A DNA stretch of 64,000 nucleotides from Octopus vulgaris (taxonomy: Eukaryota): positions 165,850,001 to 165,914,000 of the forward strand of contig OX597815.1 in assembly GCA_951406725.2 (NCBI GenBank), in the 5' to 3' direction. The stretch's first letter is position 1, and each line of letters opens with the position of its first letter. The position numbers were made by a program, and so were the translations under genes. The notes below the pieces were generated by a model. It had not been told where the DNA came from. It saw nothing but the letters and a program-made list of their open reading frames with translations, and did not search any database. Positions 13,885 through 26,943 of this stretch are shown here, piece by piece.

Positions 13885-15713
13885 ATGTATGCTACATATC
13901 CATGCTGATTTCTCTCTGATTTATCATAATGACAAATTCTTGTGGATTATAAATCACTTTCATTTGATGTGATCTGAAAATTGCAATTGATGTTTGGTGG
14001 ACCTGTATAAATAAGGGTATTCATTTACAAAAGGAAATTGCTTCAGCAATTAGGAAAGCATTTGTCTTTTCTATTATCAAATATTTTATAAGGTGGTTGA
14101 TTAGAAAAATCCTTAGAGCGTCATAAAACACTTTGTGGTAATTGTACCCAAATCTTTACATTTTAGGTACAGATACTTTACTTTTCATCCCTCATACCTA
14201 ATTATGAAGAATTGGCCATCAACAACTCTTCTCCACTATTCTCGATTCTGGGTTGTCTTTTCTCTTCCTCTTCCATTGGATCCCTGATTCCTTTTGAATT
14301 TTTAAGAACCATGTTATATGTTTCCCTGAGGAAAGGCCTTTTTTTTCACGGATGTTGTTGGATTTCAGTTACCATTGATGTTTCTCTTTGTTTTTTTTTT
14401 CTAGGTAGACATGTTAGCCCTAAGCAAACTCATTTTTACCTTTGGGAAGAAGTGGTCCTTATTAGCCTGGCTTCTACCTCCTTATCTGTCCAGCATATGA
14501 AACTTTACCAGGTATTTTCCTCTCTGCTGGCATAGCTCTCAGGGTCACTTAGGATCACAAGACATCATGCCACAACAAAGACTGGACCTTATGGTGGCTT
14601 TCATCTCTTTTGGGTTGATAAAAAAGTTCTAGCCAAATATTGGGGTAACTCCTTCCAAAAATGTCTAGCCAATATTAGAAACAATTAAGGTGACAAGCTG
14701 ATTGAATCATTTGCACACCAGGCAAAATGCTTACTGGCATTTCATCTGTCTTTCATCCTTTCAGGGTTGATAAAATATGTAACAGTTGAGCACTGGAGTT
14801 GATTTAATCAGCTTAGCCCCTCCCCCGAAATTACTGGCCTTGTGCCAAAATTTGAAACCAATATTAGAAACAGTAAATGCTTTATGATTTTTACCCTGCA
14901 TTATCTATGCATCCGTGCCGGTGGCACATAAAAAGCACCATCCGAACATGGCTGATCCAGCGCCACCTGACTGGCGTCTGTGTTGGTGACACGTAAAAAG
15001 CACCAACCGATTGTAGCCATTTGCCAGCCACCTCTGGCCCCTGTGCCTGTGGCACGTAAAAGGCACCCACTACACTCATGGAGTGGTTGGCAATAGGAAG
15101 GGCATCCAGCCATAGAAACACTGTCAGATCAGACTAGAGCCTGGCGCAGCCTCCTGGCTTCCCAGACCCCGGATGAACCGTCCAACCCATGCTAGCAATG
15201 ATGATGATGATGAATTACATTTAAAAATTATTTATGGTTCCTTTGTATACCTTACAGTTTAATTGGAAGTAAACTGCATTTATTTTTTTTTTTATGTGTG
15301 ACCACTTAGGGCTATTGGAATCGCATCAAGGTACCCTCAGAATTAGGATAGTTAAGTGAAACATGTCTGTGCTAAAAGTTTAACATAACTTAATTGCTAA
15401 TGAAATCGTCTGCTGCACTATTGACATGCAAAGTGGATGGAATAAGATGAATGGGTGCAGATGTTTGCCAATTTGGCATAGCTAATTGGACATTGAACCT
15501 GTATTGGCAACAGTGCTTTTTGGCAAACAGACAACATATGTAGAAATATAGAGAGAGAGTTAATAGGTCTGATATCAAATGTCATTGTTGACGCAGTGGT
15601 GCCAAAACGACACATACCCCAAAGTAGATGATTAGATATAAGCATGGAACTATTCATTCTCGTCTTGTTACATGATACTCTAACCACTAAGCCATGAGCC
15701 TTCACTCTCAGAA

Positions 15714-16164
15714 TCTATACATATAAAGCTGAAGTTGTCTGTGTATGTGTATGTGTGCGGCAGGTTTGGTAGCCCTCAACTAACACTATCTTCTCTGAGA
15801 CCCTTCGGTGCAAGTTGAACAAAATTGAGAGTATGATAGAAGAAGGCTTGCTCTTCATTCTGTAGAAGAAAAAATTCAAATCGGACCATGTTAAGACCAA
15901 AAATTATTTACATAAAAAAGGTGCTTTTTTTCTATGAAAATCCCTTTTTTTTATGATTTTTTTTTACTGCTGTGTTGCCATTTTTTGGTGTATTTCAACC
16001 ATAAAAATGTTCACTTAAAGAGAATAACAAGTTACATAATGCAAAATTTTTTCTTTTCAAAGAAGATTGAAACTATGTCAAAACTTTGTCAACGCGACAT
16101 CAAGGTCTGCCATTTTAAGTGCAACTAAAATACAAACCTGAGCAACGCCGGACTATACTGCTAG
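15714..16164 (+). mobile_element. Non-autonomous Helitron, different internal sequence
   Basis: A|TCTATACATATAAAG start; CCTGAGCAACGCCGG hairpin and CTAG|T end shared with the 7085/58491 family. Confidence 0.82.
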
Positions 16165-16321
16165 TGTAAAGATAAAGCTAAAACCTAGCATGCTAATGAT
16201 TCTGCCAGCTCATCACCTTAAATGCTTCTGCATATTTCTAAATATGAGCTGAGAAATTCATTCTTGCCAGCTGCAACATCAAGTTTCAAATATTTTTTTC
16301 TTTTTTTTGTATATTTTTAAG

Positions 16322-16489
16322 GTAATGACTGCTGCATCCTATTGGTCACTGTTAGACCCAGCTGTGGAAACTGCCCGGGTATCTGGTGTTTATGGAAAAG
16401 ATGGACAGTATGCTTTTATACCTGTGACAATTGGTTTTGTCTTAGGCTCATTATTTGTTTGTCTAGCTGATGTTTTAATTACTAATACG
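16322..16489 (+). CDS. SLC39A11: ZIP11 exon (168 nt), TM2-TM3
   Basis: AAG acceptor, GTAAGG donor; VMTAASYWSLLDPAVETA...AFIPVTIGFVLGSLFVCLADVLITNT; phase 0/0. Confidence 0.95.
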
Positions 16490-16674
16490 GTAAGGAAAAG
16501 TTTTTTTTTCATTTTTATGTGATTTGAAATTAGTTTTCATTGAAATGTGTCATTCAAGTTGTTTGTTGTTAATGTAAGTTAATGCAAGGTTGCAAGAGCG
16601 TGGGAGGAAAAGAGAACATATAGTGACACACACATGCACACACACATATCTGTGCATGTATCTCACTCACTATC

Positions 16675-16931
16675 TTTCCTGCCTCCCTTTCTCTCCCTCC
16701 CTCTCTCTCCCTCCTTCACTCTACCTCCCTTTCTCTCCCTCCCTCCCTCTTCTTCCCTCTCTCTCCCTCCCTTTCTCTCCTCCCCTCTCTCTCCCTCCCT
16801 TTCTCTCCCCCATCTCTCTCCCTCCATCTTTCTCTCCTTCCCTCTCTCTCCCCTCTCTCTCTCCCCTCTCTCTCTCCCTTCCTCTCTCTCCCTCCCTTTC
16901 TCTCCTTCCCTCTCTCTCCCTTCCTCTATCT
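16675..16931. repeat. Near-pure polypyrimidine (CT-rich) low-complexity tract
   Basis: About 255 bp of C/T with CTCTCCCT-like units. Confidence 0.95.
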
Positions 16932-17177
16932 TTGTCTTGTCATTGTGTGCTAATCGTAAGCAAGCTTCACCCTCATACAAATGGTGACATTTGATTGCAG
17001 TCTTCCATGAAAACATGTTTGGATCAGGGAGAAGCTATTACTTTACTTGTAAACAAGTGAGGGTTGGTGACAAGGAAAGCATCCAGATTACTATAAACAT
17101 GCCGTAATGAATCTCATGTGACTCATGCAAGCTTGGAAGATTAGATATTAAAACAATGATGATGATGATCATCATCA

Positions 17178-17217
<40 letters not shown>

Positions 17218-17304
17218 AATATTAGGGAATAAATCCAAACTTACAGGGAAAAATCAGATTTAGGATTGAATCCAATTTTATAGTAAAATATTATATTATA
17301 TTAA

Positions 17305-17507
17305 ATTAGAGACAAAACCACTATTAGGCAAATCAAACAATGAAAAACTTAAGCCAATACATAAGATTATTTAATTTATATTATTTAAATATATAACAAA
17401 ATTATTAAAATTTTGTTATATATTTAAATAATATAAATTAAATAATCTTATGTATTGGCTTAAGTTTTTCATTGTTTGATTTGCCTAATAGTGGTTTTGT
17501 CTCTAAT
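17305..17507. repeat. Perfect 99-bp inverted repeat with a 5-nt spacer, inside a (TA)n-flanked insert (about 17215-17510)
   Basis: Arms 17305-17403 and 17409-17507 are exact reverse complements. Confidence 0.93.
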
Positions 17508-17510
17508 ATA

Positions 17511-17562
<52 letters not shown>

Positions 17563-17827
17563 GTTCAAATAAAAATTACAAACCTCATTAAGGGATAGCA
17601 AAACCCTATGAAATTACTGGTTAGTTACCTATACAAGGAATGTTGAACATTACAGTTGATATTCAACTGTAAGGTAACAATATAAACCATGGGTTATATA
17701 TATTTATTTATTACAATAATAAAATAGAGAGATAATTAATAAATTATTATTTATTAATTGTTTGTCAATTTTTTAATTAATAAATAATAATTTATTAATT
17801 ATCTCTTTATTTTCTTATTGTAATATA

Positions 17828-18167
17828 GAAGGAGACCCCCTTCGGTCATGAATGACCATGGGATTGCACCTAGAAAGTTAACCTCCGAGGCACAAGTCCG
17901 GGCAAGGTTGTTTGTGGGAGGCCAGCAGTCGCCCATGTATACCAGCCTCCCCTCTCCACACCACTGATGTTATCCAAGGGAAAGGCAAAGGCCAATACAG
18001 CTTGGCACCAGTGATGTCGCAACTAATTTCTACAGCTGAGTTAACTGGAGCAACGTGAAATAAAGTGTCTTGCTCAAGAACACAACACGCAGCCCGGTCC
18101 GGGAATCGAACTCACAACCTCATGATTGTAAGCTCGACGCTCTAACCACTGACCCACGTGCCTTCTC
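17828..18167 (-). mobile_element. Full-length tRNA-derived SINE with a 15-bp target-site duplication
   Basis: A box TGGGTCAGTGG and B box GTTCGATTCC on the minus strand; TSD TCTTATTGTAATATA at 17813-17827 and 18168-18182. Confidence 0.88.
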
Positions 18168-18715
18168 TCTTATTGTAATATATATATTATTTATTGAACG
18201 ACAACATGCCTTTAAGTGATACTAATAGGTACATTTGTTGAGAAATATCTCAAACATATTCTTGAGGTACAAACCACATACAACGAACTAAAAAATTTAT
18301 TCAAAAACTATGAAACTATTAAAAAATTGTGAAATTATTAGTAGCTCTTAAAGACATGTGTTGTGTCCTTTGAATAAATAATATTTATCTCTCACCAGAT
18401 GGAGTACTTTTTTTTGTTGAATTTTCTACCATGGAACAGTACATTATATATACGCACACATATCTAACTGACCTGTAGCAACATGCTGTGAAATCCATCA
18501 AACCTATGTTGACATAGAAAAAAAGGACAGAAAAATCACAATAATTGTTTCAAATTTTGGCACAAGGCCAATGATCCCAGGTGCGGGGTAAGTCAACTAC
18601 ATTGACCCCAGTGCTCAATTGGTACTTACGTTATCGACCCCAAAAAGGAAGAATGGTAAGGTCGACCTCAGCAGAATTTGAAGGTCAACTTTACTCTTCA
18701 TGGTAATGATGATAG

Positions 18716-18763
<48 letters not shown>

Positions 18764-19149
18764 CGTTTCGACCCTGTGCTTGAGGAGACCTATTGAGTCA
18801 AGTACATCAACATCAAAAATCAATGGAAATTGTAGTTGTGATCCCTGTGCTGGTGGCACGTAAAAAGCACCATCTGAACGTGGCTGATGCCAGCGCTGCC
18901 TTGACTGGCTTCCGTGCCGGTGGCACATAAAAAGTACCAACCGATCGTGGCCATTGCCAGCCTCGCCTGGCACCTGTGCCGGTGGCACGTAAAAAGCACC
19001 CACTACACTCATGGAGTGATTGGTATTAGGAAGGGCATCCAGCTGTAGAAACACTGCCAGATCAAACTGGAGCCTGGTGCAGCCTTCTGGCTTCCCAGAC
19101 CCCAGTCGAACCATCCAACCCATGCTAGCATGGAAAACGGACGTTAAAC

Positions 19150-19185
<36 letters not shown>

Positions 19186-19252
19186 ATATATGTAGGTATG
19201 TGTGTGTGTGTGTGTGTGTATTTATTCTAGTTTGTAACTTTCTTATTTGCAG

Positions 19253-19355
19253 GGTAACAGTCCAACTAGCATTGCCTTAGCACTTGACAATACCTCAAAA
19301 TTATGGAAAGACGGAGAAATAGTTGAAGAGCCAGAGAAGAAAATTCAAAGTAAAG
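19253..19355 (+). CDS. SLC39A11: ZIP11 exon (103 nt), start of TM3-TM4 cytoplasmic loop
   Basis: TTTGCAG acceptor, GTATG donor; GNSPTSIALALDNTSKLWKDGEIVEEPEKKIQSK; phase 0/1 joins both neighbours in frame; low sequence conservation expected in this loop. Confidence 0.85.
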
Positions 19356-20896
19356 GTATGTTGCTAGGAGTCTGACTTACTGTTTAAGATAAAAGGTTAC
19401 CAGTTAATTCTGAAATGTTGGGGGCTAATTAATATTTTTATTGGTCCAAAAAGCTAGTTTTGCCTTATCTGTTGGTTTTTGTTATTATATAGCTGTATGG
19501 GTTATACCATTTTTTATTTCTTTTGTTTTGAAAATATTCTTTCACCATTCCATTCTGTCAGTCTCTCTTACATTTAGACACACATTTACAAATTCACATC
19601 CTTTATGTTTTATCTTTTACTTGTTTCAGTCATTAGACTGTGACTATACTGGGGCACCGCTTGGAAGAATTTTTAGTTGAATGAATTGACCCCCAGTACT
19701 TACATGTTTGTTGACCCTGGAACTTATTATATCAGTCACTTTTGCTAAACTGCTAGCTTACAGGGACATAAACACACCAACACCAGTTAACAAGTGGTAG
19801 TGGGGGATAAACACAGACACAAAGACACACACACATATATATTAAATGGTGGCCTTCTTTCAGTTTCCATCTACCAAATCCACTCACAAAGCTTTGGCTG
19901 GCCCAAGGTTATAGTAGAAGACACTTGCCCAGGGTGCCATGCTGTGTGACTGAACCCGGAACCTTATGGTTGGAAAGTAAGCTTCTTACAGTACAGTCAC
20001 CAATGTTTGTTTTTATTCTTTCATTCTTTTACTTGTTTCAGTCAGTTGACTGCGGCCATACTGGAGCACCACCTCGAAGGGTTTTAGTCGAACAAATTGA
20101 CCCCAGGACTTATTTTTTAAGCCTAGTACTTACTCAATCATTCTCTTTTGCCAAACTGTTAAGTTACAGGGATGTAAACACACCAACACCGATTGTCAAG
20201 TGGTATGGGGGTACAAACACAGCCACACAGACACTCACATAGATACACACACACACGCACACATATTTACAGTGGGCTTCTTTCAGATTCTGTTTACCAA
20301 ATCCACTCACAAGGCTTTGGTCAGCCCAAGGCTATTGTAGAAGACACTTACTCAAGGTGCCATGCAATGGGACTGAACCCAAAGTTATAATTAAAACAAT
20401 ATAACAGTTTGACAAAGGCATGCTGGTTGAAACTTCAAAGTCACTATCATCCTCGTCTTTTGTATATCTCAGTTGGTGAGCAATAACATTGTTGTTTACA
20501 GATTTCCAAAGGGCCAGTTATGAGTTCACAACATTTTTGTAGCAGAAATCATTAGGGAATGTCTGTAACACTGTGGCAGACTTTGTTCTTGCAAAGGTAC
20601 TTCATTTGGTGATTATCAGTTTTTGGTTGATGTTTACATCCTTCGGTCTTTTGATTTCCTAAATTCCATTTGCAAATAGGCATGGCTTTGTCTTTAAGAA
20701 GCTTGCTTTCCAACCCTGTGGGCTTGGGTTCAATCCCATTGCATGACACCATGGGCAAGTGTCTTCTACTATTGCACCAGACTGACTAAAGCCTTGTGAG
20801 TGTATTTCATTGATGGAAACTGAAAGAAGCCCATCATATGTGTATGGGTGTGTGTATTCCCGAGCACATCCAGTTTTGCTCATATATATATATATG

Positions 20897-20923
<27 letters not shown>

Positions 20924-20929
<6 letters not shown>

Positions 20930-22285
20930 CCAAAGTGTATGTACGTCGCTATATTTTATATATATAAAATACAAAAATGGGACAAGAATGCAAACCATCC
21001 AGACAGTTAGGTGAAACAAAAAAAGGGGAAAACAAAATATCCAGACAGACGTTACAAGGAAAACAAGGACGGATCATTCGGAGTTTTCTATCCTGAGTCG
21101 AGTTCCAGATTATCTTTACAATTTCGGCTGGTTATACTCGAGATTGCTCCAATCTAGCCAGCCCCAAGGAAAAATAAGCTAAGAGCATTACGTTTCTTGG
21201 AAGAAAGCAGTGAATGTATAAGAAAACAAGGATGGAAAAAAACAGAAATGTTACACAAATATAAATAACAGGACATAACAACAGGTGTCTTTCGACTAAG
21301 GACGAATTAAATTAAGCTGGCGTGTGTGGAAGTAAAGCCTTACGGCAGGGATACAAGATTTCACAGGCACAGGGAGGAATATAGCTGTTGCATGGACAGT
21401 AGTCCAACAAAGAAAGAAAGGTCAGGCCTGGCTGAACACTGGCCACGTGGGGAGGGATAGAAGAATTAAGGAGGCTGCGAGGGAAAAATGAAAGAGACAC
21501 AGTGAAGTGAAAGAGGGAAAGTGAGCGTGAAGATAAGGTCAGAAAATGTGAGAGAAGGGGAATGAAAGAACGAAGAGTTGAATGAACAGTATTTTTTATA
21601 TGTAAAATATAGCAACATACATACACTTTGGTCTCTTATATGTAAGTATATATATCTAAATTTTGTATGACTCTATTGTTTTTGTATTCTTTCATTCTTT
21701 CTTTCAGCCCTTTCACACTTCGTTCATTCCACTCTTCGTTCTTTTGTTTCCCCTCTTTCACTTAATTCTTCTATCCCTCTGCCTCTACCTCTCTCTCTTC
21801 TCTCCCAACATGATCAGTGTTCAGCCAGGCCTGACCTTTCTTTCTTTGTTGGACTACTGTCTGTGCAACATCTATATTCCTTCCTGTGCCTGTTAAATCT
21901 TATGTCCCTGCCATAAGGCTTTACTTCCACACACACCAGCTTAATTTAATTCATCCTTAGTCGAAAGACACCTGTTGTTATGTCCTGTTATTTGCATTTG
22001 TGTGACATTTCTGTTTTTTTCCGTCTTTGTTTTCTTATACATTCGCTGCTTTCTTCCAAGGAATGTAATGTTCTTAGCTTATTTTTCCTTGGGGCTGGCC
22101 AGATTGGAGCAATCTCAAGTATAACCAGTCGAAATTGCAAAGATAATCTGGAACTCAACTGAGGATAGAAAACTCTGAATGATCCGTCCTTGTTACGTCT
22201 GTCTGGATATTTTGTTTTCCCCCTTTTTTGTTTCACGTACCTGTCTGGATGTTTTGCATTCTTGTCCCATTTTTGTATTCATATA
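20924..22285. repeat. Large imperfect inverted duplication (arms about 600 bp) of a Penelope-like repeat
   Basis: About 20968-21590 mirrors about 21690-22278; a related single copy lies at 3440-3790. Confidence 0.85.
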
Positions 22286-22491
22286 TATCATCATCATCAT
22301 CATTTAACGTCCGTTCTCCATGCTAGCATGGGTTGGACAGTTCGGCCGGGGATCTGGGAAGCCAGAAGGCTGCACCAGGCTCCGGTCTTATCTGGCAATC
22401 TGGCAATGTTTCTACAGCTGGATGCCCTTCCTAACACCAACCACTCCGTGAGTGTAGTGGGTGCTTTTTACGTGCCACCTGCACGTAAAAA

Positions 22492-22526
<35 letters not shown>

Positions 22527-23910
22527 CAACCCATGCCAGCATGGAAAGCGAATGTTAAACGATGATGATGATGATATGTATATATACAAACACATATACT
22601 CATACATATATATGTTTGTGTGTTTGTGTATGTATATATATATAAATGTTTCTTTCAGTTTGTTACTTCAGAAAATTGTAAGAATAACAGGAAAACATAT
22701 ACAAAGCAAATTCATTTTGATTGTAATCTACATAAGTTGTCCTTTCTCTCATTCCATGGATGACATTTTTTTTTTTCTTTTTACCTATATCAAAGTTTTT
22801 GGTACAAATTGATTTTAACAAGGATGTTTACTCTTCAGATTGCTTCATGTCAGCTCCTGTTGTTCAAAGTCAATTAGTAAAGAACAAAAAAGGAGAAAAA
22901 AATATTGCCAAAAATTAAAGAAAGCATTGAATCTAGGCATATATGCATGGAGCATACCAACATATATAAACGCCTATACATAATTATACAAATGTGTCTG
23001 TACAAACATGACTATGCATACACATATATGTAAATGGTTTATTTATTATTATTTTTTTTGTTCTTCTAGCATTCTATTACAAAATGTGATCATATGTTAG
23101 GTTGGATTGCTGCATCTTAGTCTGTTGTTGAATGACATACGAGTACTGATGTAGGATGTAAACTGAATCTGGCTATGTGTTTGAGCATGAAATTTACTAA
23201 AAGCATTGCATGTCTGGAATAAGACAAATGAAAGCACGAAACAAATGCATCATTAAAATTAAAACCTGTTGACTGTGTGTGTGTGTGTGTGTGTGTGTGT
23301 GAGTATGCTGGTATGTACTTGTGTCTTTATTCTATTGCATAAATGTGTGATTGTGTGTGTGTGTGTGTGTATGTTTGTGTGAGATTTAGTTTGAAATTGC
23401 AACCGTCAAAATTATAAATATTTTTTTTGCAAAATTATAATTTTCCTTTTGTGTAGTTCTGTCAAAAAGGAATTCTGGTATGTAAATAATATGATATTTT
23501 GATTATTCATATTTTTTTCTTCTTTAGAATTAAATTTTAAAATGGTAAAAAAAAAGATGTTTGCTATTGCTTCCTACAGAAACAGACAGACACACACACA
23601 CAATTTCCTGTAAAATACCCACACCCTCACATACAGACCCATAAATGCATGTGCACATATATACGTACACACATACACACACACGTGCACATCTGCACTT
23701 GGGTTGTGGGCACTGAGTTTTTATTTTACTTCCCAGAATAAGAAAAATAAAATGTATTTTCTTTGTTGTCATTGTTGTTATTGTTGGTGCTGTTGTTGTT
23801 GTTACAATTATTACTTTGTTCTGGGTGGAATGTGAATGCATCCTTATATACTTGTGTATTATTGGATGTTAGATGTTAAATAATGATGATAATTATGGTA
23901 TATGTATATA

Positions 23911-23949
<39 letters not shown>

Positions 23950-23953
<4 letters not shown>

Positions 23954-24244
23954 TGTACTTGCATAGCAAGTGACCTGATCTGAGATCGTGTGCTGGAACG
24001 AAAACAATTGCAGCGTGGAAGGTGTTTATAAGCCATTTAAGAAACACACAAAAACCGTTAGATTCACTTCAACATTTAAATTTTAATTTGTCAAAATATT
24101 TTCGTCGCTTTGAGACCATGACCTGTTCACTGACAAAACTTCAAAGCAACGAAAATATTTTGACAAATTAAAATTTAAATGTTGAAGTGAATCTAACAGT
24201 TTTTGCGTGTTTCATAAATGACTTATAAACACCTTCCACGCTGC

Positions 24245-24249
<5 letters not shown>
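23950..24249. mobile_element. Penelope-like fold-back fragment embedded in (TA)n
   Basis: Inverted arms of about 108 bp (24005-24112 / 24141-24249); hammerhead-like motif on the minus strand. Confidence 0.62.
24087..24137 (-). ncRNA. Putative minimal type I hammerhead ribozyme with G3-C8 core swap
   Basis: Minus strand TTTGTCA GTGAACA G GTC..GAC GAAA(ATAT)T T TGACAAA: 7-bp stem I, palindromic stem III AATATT. Confidence 0.55.
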
Positions 24250-24290
<41 letters not shown>

Positions 24291-24782
24291 AGTGTATGAA
24301 GCTTCATATCATTCCTACCATGCTACAAAGCACTCAGTGATAGAATTGAACTCAAATCTTTAGTCAATCAGTCACATTGAATCAAAGATAGAGATCTGAT
24401 ATTTGAGCAGGAGCACAATATAAGGTTTGTTGTAAGTTTTAAACTCATAACCACGCAATCAGAAGTCTACAGTCACAGCCTTTGTGCTATTACGTATTGC
24501 ATAGATAACATATATATGCATAAGTGAATCATTTTCGAAGGTTGAACTACAAACTGTGACACGTACCATATAATCAGCAGCTGTACTAATAAATGCTGTT
24601 ATTTCTCTAAACTTTCATTATGCCATATGTACATCAAGACATTGCACTGCAGCTGCCTGTTACTATCTTGTAATAATTCTGCTTGTTTCTCCATTACTTA
24701 GCCCATCTGTAACGCTTCTACGGGATTAGTTGAAGGGGTTAGGGCTAGAGAGGAGAGGAGGGGGAGGAGGAGAGTGAGATAT

Positions 24783-25217
24783 ACTCTTTACTCTCTTTTA
24801 TTCTTTTACTTGTTTCAGTCATTTGACTGTGGGCATGCTGGAGCACCGGCTTTAGTCGAGCAAATCGACCCCAGGACTTATTCTTTGTAAGCCTAGTACT
24901 TACTCTGTCGGTCTCTTTTGCCGAACTGCTAAGTTACGGGGACATAAACACACCAAAATCGGTTGTCAAGCGATGTTGGGGTGGACAAATACAGACACAC
25001 AAACACATACACACACACATATACATATATATATATATACATGTATACATGCGACGGGCTTCTTTCAGTTTCCGTCTACCAAAATCCACTCACAAGGCTT
25101 TTATCGGCCCAAGGCTATAGTAGAAGACACTTGCCCAAGGTGCCACGCAGTGGGACTGAACCCGGAACCATGTGGTTGGTAAGCAAGCTACTTACCACAT
25201 AGCCACTCCCATGCCTA
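24783..25217 (-). mobile_element. SINE family A copy, full length
   Basis: Head, body and tail all present. Confidence 0.9.
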
Positions 25218-26721
25218 TGTAATTTTTTTTACTATGCCTGTGTAAATTTTTTTTTCCTCTGTTACTTAGCCCATCACACTGTCATGTAATTAGTTGAAGG
25301 GAAAGGCGAAGAACAAAAGAAAAGCGGGTAGGCAAAGAGTGAGATAGAAAGAGGGAGAGTGCTGTGTATTAAGTCTATAAAATTATGTATAAATATATAA
25401 AGTGTATATATAAAAATATATAAAATGCATTAAGTAATTATATTCCAATTTCCTTCACTTTTCAATGATTAGCAGATGAGCAACTATCATTTGATGCAGA
25501 CACAACACAGGCTACGCTTTCAGGTTTTTCGAATAAGGTTTTCAGAAATAACCCAATAAGTTTATCATTAATTCCATGAAATATTCACAGGTCCCGTTAG
25601 TTATTTGTTATTATTTTCTATTTTTTAATTTAAGGCCTTCACTCTCTAAGCCACTGATGAATCTACCTGACTGTACTCAACACTGTGCTGTCTTTTATGC
25701 TTCTCCTCAGTTGGACCCCAGCTTTTCCAGCTCTGCTTCATTATCCTGCCTACAGTTATTTTTTAGTGTATCCTCTCTTCTACCTTCCTTGTGGGTTCCA
25801 GGTCAGGGCCTGATGTGTAATGCTGGACAGTGATCTTCCCTTTTGAATTTTGCTGCAGTGCATCATATGTTTCCCTGAAGGAAGGCATTCATTTCCTTGT
25901 CTTGTTGGTTTTGAATTATCATCAATGCTTCTATAATTTTGATTTTTTTTTCTAGGTAGGGGTCTTGGCTCTATGCTGACCCATTCTTATCTCTAGAAAG
26001 AGGTGATCCAGATTATTCTGGCTTCTGTTCTTTGTCCAGTATGGGACACCCTACCAGGAACTTGCTCCCCACTAGCAGAGCTCTCATGGTCATTGAGATC
26101 TCTACTGCGACAAGGAATGGAACTTGTGGTGGATATAATTGTTAAAGAGCTTGGAACTTTGGTGACAGATTATGCAAAATCTCAGCTAAAGCTAATCCAT
26201 AGGACAAGTGCATATCTCTGATTTATTGCAGTGTTAAGTTAATGAGAGATTAAGCTATTCCTTGATTCAGTTCTTAACTATCATTGATAGTTTGAAAATT
26301 GAACTTTGAAGTGACTTATGCTTTGTGTATATATGTGTGTGTGTAAATTTCTGAAGAGTACTTTGGCAAGTTGGTCTTTTAATCCTTAATCAATCTTTGA
26401 GAATATGGAAAAACACAACATTGCAAAAACATTAATATCATTAATATTTTTAATGATATAATCATATATTAACAATATTAACTGTGACATCAATAATGAA
26501 GCAAAAGAGAAAAAAAAAATGGTAAACAAATTAAAAATAAATTGCTAAAAATTAAAATGGATTCCAACTAAAATTTGGGTAAACTTACTAAATAGTTTCA
26601 GAAAGGCAGTTAAATCAGTAGCCATTCGTACATCATACTTAATATAAATATGTTGTTGAAAGGTAAATTTACTGTGGTATTGATCTGGTAATAACATCTC
26701 TTATGGACCTACTGCATTTAA

Positions 26722-26943
26722 CCCTTGTAGCATTCAGATTACTCTGTCAATTGTAATATGTATTTATTCACACTGATTTCAATTCATCATGCCTTATCTT
26801 GTAGCTTTACAATTTCAGTGATGTGATTGTTTATGTTTTGAATGATATTGTTGGGTAGGTATAGGAGGCCAAATCTGGTCAGTTTGAACATAAAACTAGC
26901 AGAAAATTTGGGGCTGGGTGTGGCTGGGTTAAATGTTAAAGGG
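26722..26943. mobile_element. piggyBac-type MITE, second family
   Basis: TTAA-CCCTT...AAAGGG-TTAA termini. Confidence 0.7.

Noticed and set aside
16590-17016. SLP-rich and ER-rich ORFs
   Set aside because: Translations of a CT/GA low-complexity tract.
18090-18167. tRNA gene
   Set aside because: It has A and B boxes but continues into a SINE body with a TSD; it is a tRNA-derived head, not a tRNA.
23085-23151. Possible C/D box snoRNA (TGTGATC...CTGA)
   Set aside because: Imperfect C box, no terminal stem, no recognisable rRNA guide.
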